From: a virus
Virus record (IMG/VR): IMGVR_UViG_3300045988_064121
Coordinates: 1 to 38,154 of that record
Direction: 5' to 3' (one strand)
DNA length: 38,154 bases
This document shows positions 1-9,431 of the stretch, one piece after another. The position numbers and the translations under genes are program-made. The notes beneath the pieces are model-generated. The model was not told where the DNA came from. It searched no databases and was given only the letters and a program-made list of their open reading frames with translations. Positions within the stretch are counted from its first letter, which is position 1. Each line of letters starts with the position of its first letter.

Positions 1-55
1 GAAAGAATGGTTGCCGAAGGACTTGTGTTCCCTTATTTCGCTAATGATTGCAAAC
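1..55. repeat. Window-end duplication: 1-55 is identical to 38100-38154 (overlap of a circularly closed assembly; unit length 38099 bp)
   Basis: gaaagaatggttgccgaaggacttgtgttcccttatttcgctaatgattgcaaac is present at both ends and lies inside one continuous reading frame (terL). Confidence 0.95.
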
Positions 56-645
56 CTTACCTATTCAAATATCAACATTTAAAAGAGAAGATGAAAGAAC
101 AAGGAAAAAGGTTCAGTCATTTAATCATAGGTGTTGACTTTGGAGACAATGGTTCGAAGTATTCATGGCACTTAACAGGATTCACAAATGATTGGGATTA
201 TATGTGGGCACTTGATGAAGGAGACATGGAGAAATCAAACTCAATAGACGCAACAAAGTTCTGTAAAGCATTTGTAAGGTTCTATAAGCGTTGTATTGAA
301 TGTTATGGGTATGTAGAATGGATATTTCCGGACAGTGCTTCTAATACACTTATAAACACGCTTAGAGCTTATTTTTACACCGAAGGATTAGACGGAAGTA
401 TAATTGCACCGGTCAAAAAAAATGAGCTTACAGACCGTCCTATAACGGTTGATAGCTTACTTGTTACAGGTAGGTTAAAGATAGAAGAACATTGTAAGAA
501 TTTAATAAATGCATTGAGTGAATTGGTATGGGATGAAAAGATAGACATTCCAAAAGATGAGAACGTAAACAATATCAATGATGATTGGGATTCGTTCTGC
601 TATACATTTATAACCCATAGTGGATATATAGATTTAAGGAGGTAA
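1..645 (+). CDS. terL: Terminase large subunit, C-terminal part (continuation of 37407..38154 across the circular junction)
   Basis: Frame of 7..645 is the same frame as 37407..38154 once the 55-bp overlap is removed. Combined product is about 445 aa. The nuclease-half-like C-terminus (..DDWDSFCYTF..) sits directly upstream of the portal gene. Confidence 0.85.
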   Translation, partial: ERMVAEGLVFPYFANDCKPYLFKYQHLKEKMKEQGKRFSHLIIGVDFGDNGSKYSWHLTGFTNDWDYMWALDEGDMEKSNSIDATKFCKAFVRFYKRCIECYGYVEWIFPDSASNTLINTLRAYFYTEGLDGSIIAPVKKNELTDRPITVDSLLVTGRLKIEEHCKNLINALSELVWDEKIDIPKDENVNNINDDWDSFCYTFITHSGYIDLRR

Positions 646-648
646 GAA

Positions 649-2052
649 ATAGAAACATCTAACACACGTAGACCGTGGTTTCAGAATTACCTAAACGAAA
701 GAGGGTATTATGTAGACACAAACGCAATTGAGATTATTGAATTGTGTAATAAGTGGTATACGAATACCGAAACAGAATTTCATACGGCATACACATTAAA
801 TAACGAGGAATACACGCTTGATAAAACAGATTTTGCAAAGCGTCTATGCGAGGATGACGCAAACCTTATTGAAATCTTAGATATAAACGCTACAGAGGAT
901 AGCGTTACAAATGACATTATTTCAGACATTCTAACAAAGAATAGATTTGATGTAATGTATAGGAAACAAGTTGAGCAAATGTCTGCAAATGGTACGGTAG
1001 GAGCTTATGTGACGGTATCAAATGCCGAGATTTATGAAGATGGTACATTCAGTGGAGGAGAAATCAGAATCAACTATTGTGATTCAATGAATATCCTCCC
1101 ATTAACTGTTATAAATGATGAAATCGTTGAGGTAGCTTTCGTTGGCGTAAATTATGAAAAACTTAAGAAAGTATATGTGATGGTCATGTTCTTAAAAGGA
1201 CAAGACGAAAGATATATTGCAGAAACACATTACTTTAAAGATACAGGCGAAGAAATAAAAGACCGTGCTCAAATTGTTCAATTAGATGTGGTTAAGCCGT
1301 TTGCAATTATGAGAAACGCAAAGGTAAACAACTTACAAATGCAAGGGTACGGCTTACCGAAGATTTGGAGTGCAATTGCTCCTTTGAAAACAATTGATTT
1401 AACAATGACAATGTGGAATCGAGATTTGTTGAAATCAGATAAAATCGTTCTTGTAAATGAAGCATTAATGCAGAAAGACAAGGATGGAAAAGTAAAACAG
1501 AATCCACAATTAAAGAATATCTTTGTTCAGTTAGGTAGAGATAAGCTACCGGAAGAAAAAGCTTTATGGCAGGAATACAATCCAACAGTTAGGACGCAAG
1601 AAGTTGTGCAATCACTAGAAACGGCGTTAAGTATCTTATCAATGATGTTTGGATTCGGTACAAAGAAATACACGTTTGAAAGTGGAAGAATTGTGACGGC
1701 TACAGAATATATCGGCGAAAACCAAGACGCAATGAAGGAAGTAAATTCACAACGTAAAGAATCAACTGCATATATTCAAGATATTATTCAAGCAATAGCA
1801 TACTTCTATGAATTGACACAAGGCAGAAAGCTTAATATCAATTCATTAGACATTGCGATTGATTATGATGATACATATATCGAGGATAAGCAAAGCACGG
1901 CACAAGCGTTAAGAAATGACGCATTAACATTTGATATTCCAAGATTAAAGATTATGTACTTCATGAAGCAATACGGCTTTACAGAAGAAGAAGCAACTGA
2001 ATTATTAAGTGAAGAAATTCAAGATGATGGAGAGGGGGATGACGAAGAATAG
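649..2052 (+). CDS. Portal protein (SPP1 gp6-like); proposed ATA start
   Basis: Size, acidic C-terminus (QDDGEGDDEE) and position after terL. The frame is open from 646 right after the terL stop. GGAGG at 638-642 is followed 6 nt later by ATA 649. The first canonical start is TTG 742, which has no SD. Confidence 0.8.
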   Translation: METSNTRRPWFQNYLNERGYYVDTNAIEIIELCNKWYTNTETEFHTAYTLNNEEYTLDKTDFAKRLCEDDANLIEILDINATEDSVTNDIISDILTKNRFDVMYRKQVEQMSANGTVGAYVTVSNAEIYEDGTFSGGEIRINYCDSMNILPLTVINDEIVEVAFVGVNYEKLKKVYVMVMFLKGQDERYIAETHYFKDTGEEIKDRAQIVQLDVVKPFAIMRNAKVNNLQMQGYGLPKIWSAIAPLKTIDLTMTMWNRDLLKSDKIVLVNEALMQKDKDGKVKQNPQLKNIFVQLGRDKLPEEKALWQEYNPTVRTQEVVQSLETALSILSMMFGFGTKKYTFESGRIVTATEYIGENQDAMKEVNSQRKESTAYIQDIIQAIAYFYELTQGRKLNINSLDIAIDYDDTYIEDKQSTAQALRNDALTFDIPRLKIMYFMKQYGFTEEEATELLSEEIQDDGEGDDEE

Positions 2053-2858
2053 CAACTACATATTTTCCATTCGTCTCAAGAAATGGCGATAGATTAGTGC
2101 TATATGACGCTTTCAGAAGATTATTCTCAAGCTACTTTACAAATGGAGTGTTCGTAGATGATTCTAGTTCAGACCATTTAAGAGTCGAGAAAGGTCAAGG
2201 CTTGACCTTAACAGTTAAAGCAGGGCGAGCGAATATTAACGGAGCGTTCTATTGGCAAAGGGATGACGAAACCATCACACTAGAAAAGAATAGCGCAACT
2301 AAAAGCTACAATATTATTCTTAGATTGAATGATAATGACGCATACAGAAATATCACATTGATTGCTAGTGATATTAATAATGGAATTACAAGAAGTGATT
2401 CTATTTACGATTTGGTATTAGCTACGGTTACAGTAACAGGCAATGCGAGCGAAGTTAAAGGCTCAGATATTACAGATACAAGATTAGATTCTACACGTTG
2501 TGGAGCGGTTACAAGCGCAATTAAAAGCGTACAATCGTTGGATTTATTTACCCAAGTAACAGAGCTATTCAAGGAAATTAAGGCTCAGAATGAATCTGAA
2601 ATGAATGCAAATAGAACAGAATTCAACGAATGGTTTGAAACTGTAAAAGATACATTAGGCGCAGATACGGCAGGGAAGCTTTCTAACAGAATTTCAAATA
2701 TTGAAAAGATGATTATGGAGAATCATTTCACTACGATTCTATTAACAGAAGATGGAACACTAGTAGATGAGAATGGTCAAGCGATTCTAGTAGATTGGGC
2801 GTATGAAGTTGAAAAAGGTGAAGTAGGTAAAGATTGGACTTACAAGGTGAAATCATGA
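2049..2858 (+). CDS. Fibre-like structural protein; proposed ATA start overlapping the portal stop (ATAG)
   Basis: Frame is open from 2043. GAGGGGGA at 2032-2039, ATA at 2049. The N-terminus ATTYFPFVSRNGDRLVLYDAFRRLF would be lost with the track start GTG 2097. The C-terminal 49 aa are shared with ORF 4074..4319. Confidence 0.55.
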   Translation: MATTYFPFVSRNGDRLVLYDAFRRLFSSYFTNGVFVDDSSSDHLRVEKGQGLTLTVKAGRANINGAFYWQRDDETITLEKNSATKSYNIILRLNDNDAYRNITLIASDINNGITRSDSIYDLVLATVTVTGNASEVKGSDITDTRLDSTRCGAVTSAIKSVQSLDLFTQVTELFKEIKAQNESEMNANRTEFNEWFETVKDTLGADTAGKLSNRISNIEKMIMENHFTTILLTEDGTLVDENGQAILVDWAYEVEKGEVGKDWTYKVKS

Positions 2859-3154
2859 GACAAGGAACTACGCCAACAATTCAAATAACAATAAACGATA
2901 TTGATTTAAATGAAATGCAGAATATCTATGTGGTATTTGAACAGAACGGATATATCTTAAAAAAAGAATCAAGTGATTTAGACATTGAGGGGAATGCTAT
3001 TTCAGTGTTGTTGAGTCAAGAAGAAACACTCAATTTCAAAGAGGGAACTTGTAATATTCAATTAAGAATGATTACAAAAGGAGGAGTTGCCATTGCTTCT
3101 CCTGTCAAGACAACAAAGGTATATAGAGTATTGAATAAGGAAGTGATTACATGA
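2855..3154 (+). CDS. Hypothetical structural protein
   Basis: ATG 2855 overlaps the upstream stop (ATGA), with AAGGTGA upstream. MRQGTTPTIQITIN... Confidence 0.5.
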   Translation: MRQGTTPTIQITINDIDLNEMQNIYVVFEQNGYILKKESSDLDIEGNAISVLLSQEETLNFKEGTCNIQLRMITKGGVAIASPVKTTKVYRVLNKEVIT

Positions 3155-3450
3155 TTCTAATGCAAGATATTCAAATGAATATACAAGATGAATCAGACAA
3201 GCTTCAAATTGAAGCCTTAGATGAGAAGTTTGTTGAAGGTACAAGTGATTACAACAAGCTAAAGAACAAGCCTAAATTAAATGGTAATGAAATCATTGGA
3301 GAGGTTGAAGAAATTGACCCTACCGTACCTTTATGGGCAAAAGCAGAAACAAGACCGGTATATACTCCGGAAGATGTTGGAGCTATGGCGGAAGGTTCTG
3401 TAACTAATGTATCAACAACCGAACTAGATGAATTATGGAATAGTCTATAG
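3151..3450 (+). CDS. Fibre-associated protein (YNKLKNKPKLNG motif typical of phage fibre proteins)
   Basis: ATGA overlap with the upstream gene. The motif DYNKLKNKPKLNGNEIIG resembles a recurrent tail-fibre N-terminal motif. Confidence 0.45.
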   Translation: MILMQDIQMNIQDESDKLQIEALDEKFVEGTSDYNKLKNKPKLNGNEIIGEVEEIDPTVPLWAKAETRPVYTPEDVGAMAEGSVTNVSTTELDELWNSL

Positions 3451-3461
3451 GAGGAAAAAGA

Positions 3462-4070
3462 ATAGCTATTGAATATTTAGATAAAAGTGGATTGACGCTC
3501 TTAATCAGTAAAATTAAATCGGCGTTAGCTGGGAAAGTTGATGTTGTAAGTGGTAAAGGCTTATCAACAAATGACTATACAAGTGCAGAAAAACAAAAAT
3601 TAAGTGGTATCGCAAGTGGTGCTCAAGCGAATGTGATTGAATCAGTTAAAGTCAACGGTACAAAAGTTGAACCAAGTTCAAAATCCGTAGATATTTCAGT
3701 TCCAACAAAGGTATCACAATTAACAAATGACAGTGGATTCCAAACATCTACGCAAGTTAATTCAATCGTTACAGGTAAAGGATATCAGACACAATCACAA
3801 GTACAATCGTTGATTAATTCGACAGTCGGTAATATTACATCTATTAGATATGAAAAGGTAACGAGCTTACCTGCTACAGGTTCAAATGGTGTGATTTACT
3901 TAGTCGCACATTCACATGGAACGCAAGATATTTATGATGAATATATTTGGCTTTCAGAAAGTAAAACATATGAAAAGATTGGTAATACAGATATTGATTT
4001 ATCGGCATATGTTAAGAAATCAGAATTAACTGCGATTACTGTAAGCGATTTAAACTTAATGTGGGGTTAG
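3462..4070 (+). CDS. Tail fibre protein; proposed ATA start
   Basis: GGAGG at 3450-3454, then ATA 7 nt later at 3462. This gives the N-terminus AIEYLDKSGLTLLISKIKSAL (LDxxGLxxLxxKIK is a common fibre N-terminus). SQLTNDSGFQTSTQVNS repeats are present. Confidence 0.55.
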   Translation: MAIEYLDKSGLTLLISKIKSALAGKVDVVSGKGLSTNDYTSAEKQKLSGIASGAQANVIESVKVNGTKVEPSSKSVDISVPTKVSQLTNDSGFQTSTQVNSIVTGKGYQTQSQVQSLINSTVGNITSIRYEKVTSLPATGSNGVIYLVAHSHGTQDIYDEYIWLSESKTYEKIGNTDIDLSAYVKKSELTAITVSDLNLMWG

Positions 4071-4073
4071 CAT

Positions 4074-4319
4074 ATGGCTTTCGTATTCAAAGACAAAGCT
4101 TCTATTCAGTGGCTTGTCTCGAAAATAAAGTCTGTAACTACATCACATAACGCATTGAATCAAATGGTGATGAATAATCACTTTACCACAAATTTGAATG
4201 CTACAAGCACTCAAGATTTAGTGGATGAAAAAGGAAATACAATCCTAGCCGATTGGTCTTATGAAGTAGCAAGTGGAGAAGTTGGTAAGGATTGGAAATA
4301 TAAAGTCAAGGAGGAATAA
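4074..4319 (+). CDS. Small fibre-associated protein sharing a C-terminal module with 2049..2858
   Basis: ATG start. C-terminus NHFTT..LVDEKGNTILADWSYEV.SGEVGKDWKYKVK parallels 2709-2855. Confidence 0.5.
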   Translation: MAFVFKDKASIQWLVSKIKSVTTSHNALNQMVMNNHFTTNLNATSTQDLVDEKGNTILADWSYEVASGEVGKDWKYKVKEE

Positions 4320-4320
4320 C

Positions 4321-5217
4321 ATGCCAGGAAAACAAGTAACAGAACTAGACGCATTGCCTACATTTACCGACACTAGTCTATTGCCTGTTCATAACGGAGC
4401 AGGCTTAAAAAAAGGTACATTGTCGCAACTAACGGATTACATTGCAGAAAGATTCAGTAATCCGAATTTATTACTTAACTCTAACTTTAAAGTTGACCAA
4501 AGAGGACGTGGAACGTACACAAACAATACTACTAAACCAACGTATACACTAGATAGATGGATGAGTATTAATACTGAGGTCGTATACAATGTTGATGGCA
4601 CGGCAACTATCACATCATTAGCTACTACCGATACAAGTGCGTGGTTTAAACAAATCTTAGAACACGCAATCAATGATACGTGCACTTTATCGTGCAATAT
4701 TACGGCAGTAACAGGTAGTGCGTATTTATACAATCATGCAAATGGAAAGAAGATTGTAAAAGGCTTAAATACCGTAACTTTATCTTATTTAAAGGAAGCA
4801 AGTATTGAATTAAAGCAAGGTGCATCAATTACGATTGAATGGATTAAATTGGAGAAAGGCAGTAAAGCTACTGCTTACGTAGCACCAAATTACGCAAACG
4901 AACTACAAAGATGTATGATGTATTACAATGTTGTAAATACATCACTAAATGGCTATTTTACAACACAAATGTATGTCGGATGTGAAACCTTATTAAACAT
5001 GCGAACAAAGCCGACTGTTAAGGGTGTAGGAAGTATTTGGGTTTATTACTATGGAGGAAATACAAAATACAAATTCAGTGATTTGCAATCTATCGTGCTA
5101 ACCAAATATTCAGAAATCACGTTACTCGCGGCTCCTTTAGGTGTATCTCAACAAAATATGACTGTCGTCTTTGATGTAGATAGCTACATTGAATTAGACG
5201 CAGAAGTTTACGCGTAG
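4321..5217 (+). CDS. Candidate receptor-binding/tail fibre protein
   Basis: GGAGGAATAAC then ATG 4321. The N-terminus MPGKQVTELDALPTFTDTSLLPVHNGAGLKKGTLSQLTDYI is typical of fibre anchor domains. The C-terminal half looks beta-rich. Confidence 0.5.
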   Translation: MPGKQVTELDALPTFTDTSLLPVHNGAGLKKGTLSQLTDYIAERFSNPNLLLNSNFKVDQRGRGTYTNNTTKPTYTLDRWMSINTEVVYNVDGTATITSLATTDTSAWFKQILEHAINDTCTLSCNITAVTGSAYLYNHANGKKIVKGLNTVTLSYLKEASIELKQGASITIEWIKLEKGSKATAYVAPNYANELQRCMMYYNVVNTSLNGYFTTQMYVGCETLLNMRTKPTVKGVGSIWVYYYGGNTKYKFSDLQSIVLTKYSEITLLAAPLGVSQQNMTVVFDVDSYIELDAEVYA

Positions 5218-5232
5218 AAAGGAATGAGAAGA

Positions 5233-5574
5233 ATGTATAAGGTATATGTCAAATTAAATGAAGATAAATGTATTACATCAATTAATTCTGAAATCTTTCT
5301 ATCAAACGAAGAAATGCAAGCCATGAAAAATATTGATGAAGGGGAAGGAGATAAATACGTACACGCTCAATCACAGTATTTAGAAAATGGATTAATTGAT
5401 AAATATGGCAGATATAACTACAAATATGTAGAAGGTAAAGTGGTTGAGGTTGCAGAAGGAGACAAGCCTACAATTGAAGAACCAAAAGCAGTACCAACTG
5501 AGCAACAGAAGATTAACGCACAATTGATGTTACAAATCGCACAATTAAAAGCAGAATTAAAGGCGGTGAAGTAG
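5233..5574 (+). CDS. Hypothetical protein in the XkdW position (coiled-coil C-terminus)
   Basis: AAAGGA at 5218-5223 is too close to ATG 5224, so ATG 5233 is preferred. It precedes an XkdX-like gene. Confidence 0.4.
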   Translation: MYKVYVKLNEDKCITSINSEIFLSNEEMQAMKNIDEGEGDKYVHAQSQYLENGLIDKYGRYNYKYVEGKVVEVAEGDKPTIEEPKAVPTEQQKINAQLMLQIAQLKAELKAVK

Positions 5575-5575
5575 T

Positions 5576-5695
5576 ATGAGTTATGAATTAATTAAATCGT
5601 ATTATGAATTAGGCTTATTTACAAAGAATGATTTAGAAATGTTTGTATCTATTGGATGGATTACAGAAGTTCAGAGAAAAGAATTAATTAAATAG
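5576..5695 (+). CDS. XkdX-like small phage protein (39 aa, below the track cutoff)
   Basis: MSYELIKSYYELGLFTKNDLEMFVSIGWITEVQRKELIK matches the XkdX family pattern (YY..G.FT..D...FV..G.IT). Confidence 0.5.
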   Translation: MSYELIKSYYELGLFTKNDLEMFVSIGWITEVQRKELIK

Positions 5696-5712
5696 GTTTT
5701 AAAAGCGTTTTA

Positions 5713-5734
5713 AAGGGCATTTAAGCCCTTTTTC
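5713..5734 (+). terminator. Intrinsic terminator closing the fibre cassette
   Basis: AAGGGC-atttaa-GCCCTT followed by a T-run. Confidence 0.6.
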
Positions 5735-5750
5735 TGTAGGGGGTATATAA

Positions 5751-6935
5751 ATGTTAAGCGAAGAAGAACAAAGAGAGCAAGAACGTGAAAAAAGGCAAGA
5801 AGAAAGGAAGCAAGAACGCCTACAAAAGCAAATCGAGAGAAGAAGAAAGCTTGAAGAAAGAGAAAGAAAAAGCGTAAAGCGTGCTAGTGTATTTGAATTA
5901 GGAATGATGATATTCGTATCTAATAAAATTCGTGAGGTTTTGGAAAAAAGCACCGAAGAAAATGCGAAATTTAATGAGATATTAGCAAAATCACTAGTAG
6001 ATTTGCGTAAATTCACAAAAAAAGAATCAAAAAGCCTAAAAAAAGATGTAATCAAGGAATCTAAAAAGGATTTTGAAGAAAATAAGAATGGAACATTAGA
6101 ATTAATTCAAGAAGCAACTAAAAAAAAGATGAATGGAAGCCTTGCAAAACATATTGCATATGTGAATCCACAAAAGGAAACTGCAAAGCGTTGGAAGAAA
6201 TATATCAAATCAAACGCAAACACGTATGCAATTGGTAAAGATAAGCTTCCTGTATTCTTTACAAAGGTAGTTCAAGAAGAAGTTAAGAATGTAGTAGGTG
6301 GTAAATGCACAATTGATGATTCTTGCAGAAAAGCTATTTCGAAATTGGCAGACAGTGGCGTAAAGATTGTGGAATATGATACAGGCATAAAAAGAAATGT
6401 GGATGTATGGGTAAGGCAACAAATGCAGTATGCAGAAAAAGAATCGTCACAAGAAATTAATAATAAATGTGCAAAAGATATGGGAGTTACTGTATTTGAG
6501 TTTGACGCTCACGCAAATGCAAGACCAACTCATAAGAAGTGGCAAGGCAAGCGATACGACACGCAAGGGAAATTATATCCTAGCTTGTATGAGTTAACAC
6601 ATGGAGAAGAAAAAGATTATGGATGTAGACACTTTGCTCAACCTGTATGGGATGTTGATATGCCTTATGCATACACAAAAGAACAGTTAAAGAATATTGA
6701 TACAAAGCCTTTTACATTCAATGGTAAGAAGTATGAAGGATATGAAGCTAGGCAGTATCAAAGAGAACTGGAAAGAAACATCAGAGCGTTGAAGAGGGAA
6801 GTAATCTTATTGGATAATCAAGGATTAGGCAGTACAGAAACCAAAATCAAGCTAAAACACGCAAATGCAGTATATAAAGCTTTCAGTTCCGAAATGGGAG
6901 ATAGAGTTCACAACGATAGGCTTAGAGTTGGTTAA
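5751..6935 (+). CDS. Head morphogenesis protein (Mu F / SPP1 gp7-like) with a Lys/Glu-rich N-terminus
   Basis: FEFDAHANARPTHKKWQGKRYD is the MuF-family signature. GGGGGT SD upstream of ATG 5751. Confidence 0.8.
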   Translation: MLSEEEQREQEREKRQEERKQERLQKQIERRRKLEERERKSVKRASVFELGMMIFVSNKIREVLEKSTEENAKFNEILAKSLVDLRKFTKKESKSLKKDVIKESKKDFEENKNGTLELIQEATKKKMNGSLAKHIAYVNPQKETAKRWKKYIKSNANTYAIGKDKLPVFFTKVVQEEVKNVVGGKCTIDDSCRKAISKLADSGVKIVEYDTGIKRNVDVWVRQQMQYAEKESSQEINNKCAKDMGVTVFEFDAHANARPTHKKWQGKRYDTQGKLYPSLYELTHGEEKDYGCRHFAQPVWDVDMPYAYTKEQLKNIDTKPFTFNGKKYEGYEARQYQRELERNIRALKREVILLDNQGLGSTETKIKLKHANAVYKAFSSEMGDRVHNDRLRVG

Positions 6936-6938
6936 AAC

Positions 6939-6953
6939 GCTCACATTGTGAGC
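6939..6953. repeat. 7-1-7 palindrome GCTCACATTGTGAGC (second copy at 34480-34494)
   Basis: Perfect inverted repeat read directly. No T-run follows this copy. Confidence 0.7.
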
Positions 6954-7030
6954 TATTATTCAATATAAAATATAGTTAGCCAAAACCATACCGGAGAAGA
7001 TTCGGTTTACAAATGACTTTAGGAGGGCAA

Positions 7031-7615
7031 ATGAAAAACATTATTGAAATTTTAAAAGAATCAAACATTGAATTAACCAAAGAGCAAGAGGAATCAGTTA
7101 CAAAGCTAGTAAATGATAACTATAAGACGATTGCGGAGTTCGATAAGCAAAAAGAAAAGCTATCTTTAGCAGAGAACAACGCAAAGGATATTCAAAAAAA
7201 GTTTGATAAATTCAAGGAAAGCTATGATGGGGTTGATGTAGAAGAATTGAGAAATAAAATCAATACATTGACGAATGATATTGATACTCAAAAGAATACA
7301 TACGAAACTCAGATTAGCAAAATGAATCTTGATTCTGTATTAAGTGCAAAAGCTAAAGAATACGGATGTAAAGATTTCGATTTAGCAAAATCACAATTCA
7401 ACTATGATGATTTACTTAAATCAAAAGACCAAACAAATGATATTGACAAAGCTTTCAAAACTTTGAAAGAGAATAAGCCAATCTTATTTGAAGAAGAACA
7501 AAATGAGCCTGGTGTTAAAGGCAATATTGTTGGAAGCAGTGGGCAAGGAGAAAACCCAAACGCCGAAGATTTATTATTGCGACAAGTAATGGGTTTAACT
7601 ACAGAAAAGAAATAA
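7031..7615 (+). CDS. Scaffolding protein
   Basis: AGGAGGG SD then ATG 7031. Helical, charged, coiled-coil-like protein immediately upstream of the major capsid gene. Confidence 0.6.
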   Translation: MKNIIEILKESNIELTKEQEESVTKLVNDNYKTIAEFDKQKEKLSLAENNAKDIQKKFDKFKESYDGVDVEELRNKINTLTNDIDTQKNTYETQISKMNLDSVLSAKAKEYGCKDFDLAKSQFNYDDLLKSKDQTNDIDKAFKTLKENKPILFEEEQNEPGVKGNIVGSSGQGENPNAEDLLLRQVMGLTTEKK

Positions 7616-7629
7616 GGAGGATTTAATTA

Positions 7630-8499
7630 ATACCAAATCAAATTGCATTAGCTAAAACGTATGTCTCAAATCTAGATGAGGTGTATAAGTTAGCTTCAGT
7701 AACAGGTGATTTAAATGCAGACGCTACAATGGTACGAGCAGGAGCAAACGCAAAAGAAATCATCTATCCACAAATTTCAGTCAAAGGATTAGGAAACTAC
7801 GACAGAAATAGTGGTTATACAGGTAACTCAGTTAAGTTAGAATGGAAAACTGCTACATTCGACTATGACCGAGGAACTAAAATCTCAGTTGATACTCAAG
7901 ATAACGCAGAATCAATGAATATTGCATTCGGTATGGCAGGAGCAGAACTTATGCGTACAAAGGTTGCACCGGAAGCAGACGCTTACACATTCGCTAAGAT
8001 TGCAGGCACAACAGGTATCACAACAGTTGCAGAAGATTATACAGGCGCAGAAGAATTCTTGAGCGCATTATTAACGGCTATCACTAAAATGGATGAGGAT
8101 GAAGTTCCTAGCGAACAACGTATCTTGTATTCAACACCAACATTATTAAATAGCGTTAAGGCGTTGGACACTTACAAATCTCGTGAAGCTTTACAAGGAT
8201 TCGCAAAAGTTGTTCCTGTACCTGCTAGTCGTTTTTACACAAAAATCAAATTGTTGAGTGGAAAAGATACAGAGCTTGAAGGTGGATACGAAAAGGCGGA
8301 AGATGGACACACAATCAACTTCTTAATTGTTCACAAGCCTGCCGTTATGAAATGGGATAAACACACCGTTTCAAATGTAATTCCTGCAAGCAATAACATT
8401 GAATCAGATTCAGATGTATTAAAGTATCGTAAGTATGGAATCGTTGATGTATACAAAAACAAGGTAGCAGGAATTTACTTATCTGCTAGTGCGAAGTAA
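7630..8499 (+). CDS. Major capsid protein; proposed ATA start
   Basis: GGAGG at 7616-7620, ATA at 7630 (9-nt spacer). The frame is open from 7627. Position after the scaffold gene and about 290 aa. The track start GTG 7681 has no SD. Confidence 0.75.
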   Translation: MPNQIALAKTYVSNLDEVYKLASVTGDLNADATMVRAGANAKEIIYPQISVKGLGNYDRNSGYTGNSVKLEWKTATFDYDRGTKISVDTQDNAESMNIAFGMAGAELMRTKVAPEADAYTFAKIAGTTGITTVAEDYTGAEEFLSALLTAITKMDEDEVPSEQRILYSTPTLLNSVKALDTYKSREALQGFAKVVPVPASRFYTKIKLLSGKDTELEGGYEKAEDGHTINFLIVHKPAVMKWDKHTVSNVIPASNNIESDSDVLKYRKYGIVDVYKNKVAGIYLSASAK

Positions 8500-8648
8500 T
8501 GGCAACGGAAATCGGATGGGGTTATCCTTCTATCACTAAAGAGGTTGAACAACCAAAAGGTGAAGAACCTACAGTTGATGAAGGAGTAAAAGAAGAACCC
8601 ACAGAAGAAAAAGAGGAAGCTAAACCTCAAGATAAAAAGAAAAAGTAG
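8499..8648 (+). CDS. Small charged protein (49 aa)
   Basis: TAATG overlap with the capsid stop. MATEIGWGYPSITKEVEQPKGEEP...KKKK. Confidence 0.3.
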   Translation: MATEIGWGYPSITKEVEQPKGEEPTVDEGVKEEPTEEKEEAKPQDKKKK

Positions 8649-8667
8649 CATAAAAGGGGGTTGTAAA

Positions 8668-9015
8668 ATGAACAATATTTTAGATTGGGAATATTACAAT
8701 TCCCGTTTTCCTAAATTTGATGAAAATCAATTCAATCAGTATTCTTATAAAGCAGAAGCAATGGTATTGAAGTATGTGAATGTTGATTCTATTAACGAAC
8801 AGAACAAAGATACTTTAAAAGATTGTATCTGTGATGTTTTAAACAATGTAATTTTTCAAGATTCAATTGATGGTGTATCAAGTATTTCAAATGGTGGATA
8901 TTCCAAAAGCTTTATAAATGTTTCACACACGGACAAAAGGAACATGCTTGAAGATATTATAGCCTTTTGGTTAGGTGATACAGATTTAATGAAAGAAAGA
9001 TGGATTGCATTATGA
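8668..9015 (+). CDS. Head-tail connector (gp6-like) protein
   Basis: GGGGG SD then ATG. Size and position after the capsid gene. Confidence 0.45.
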   Translation: MNNILDWEYYNSRFPKFDENQFNQYSYKAEAMVLKYVNVDSINEQNKDTLKDCICDVLNNVIFQDSIDGVSSISNGGYSKSFINVSHTDKRNMLEDIIAFWLGDTDLMKERWIAL

Positions 9016-9431
9016 TAGGATTCTTTGAAGATTCAATTACACTTGTAAATCACTACTATGACACGTTAACAAGAGAAGATAGGTTTCAAGCTTCTATTCT
9101 TGATAAATGTATGTGGAGACAATCTACTATTAGAACTGCAAATGGTAATATTCTGAGCATAGCCACATCCACAAATATTACCATTCTATATCGTGATGGA
9201 TATGTTGAACCTTACGCATATGCAAAGCTTTCAAATGATGAGAAGCAAAAACATTTCACATTGAATACAGATAAAACAGATTTCGTATTCTTTGGAGAAG
9301 TCGAAGAAGATTTATCTAGTATTAAAGCAATAAACGAAGCTAAAAAGAAATACAAATGGACAACAATTCAAAGCGTTACAGATTGTACGAATGTCGATAT
9401 GTTGAAACATTGGGAGGTTGTCGGTCAATAG
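9012..9431 (+). CDS. Head-tail adaptor/head closure protein
   Basis: ATGA overlap at 9012-9015. Assigned by position. Confidence 0.4.
   Translation: MIGFFEDSITLVNHYYDTLTREDRFQASILDKCMWRQSTIRTANGNILSIATSTNITILYRDGYVEPYAYAKLSNDEKQKHFTLNTDKTDFVFFGEVEEDLSSIKAINEAKKKYKWTTIQSVTDCTNVDMLKHWEVVGQ

Noticed and set aside
1-55. The 55-bp terminal direct repeat as physical phage termini (DTR/cos)
   Set aside because: It lies in the middle of the terL reading frame, and the frame continues perfectly across it. This is most simply a circular-assembly overlap.
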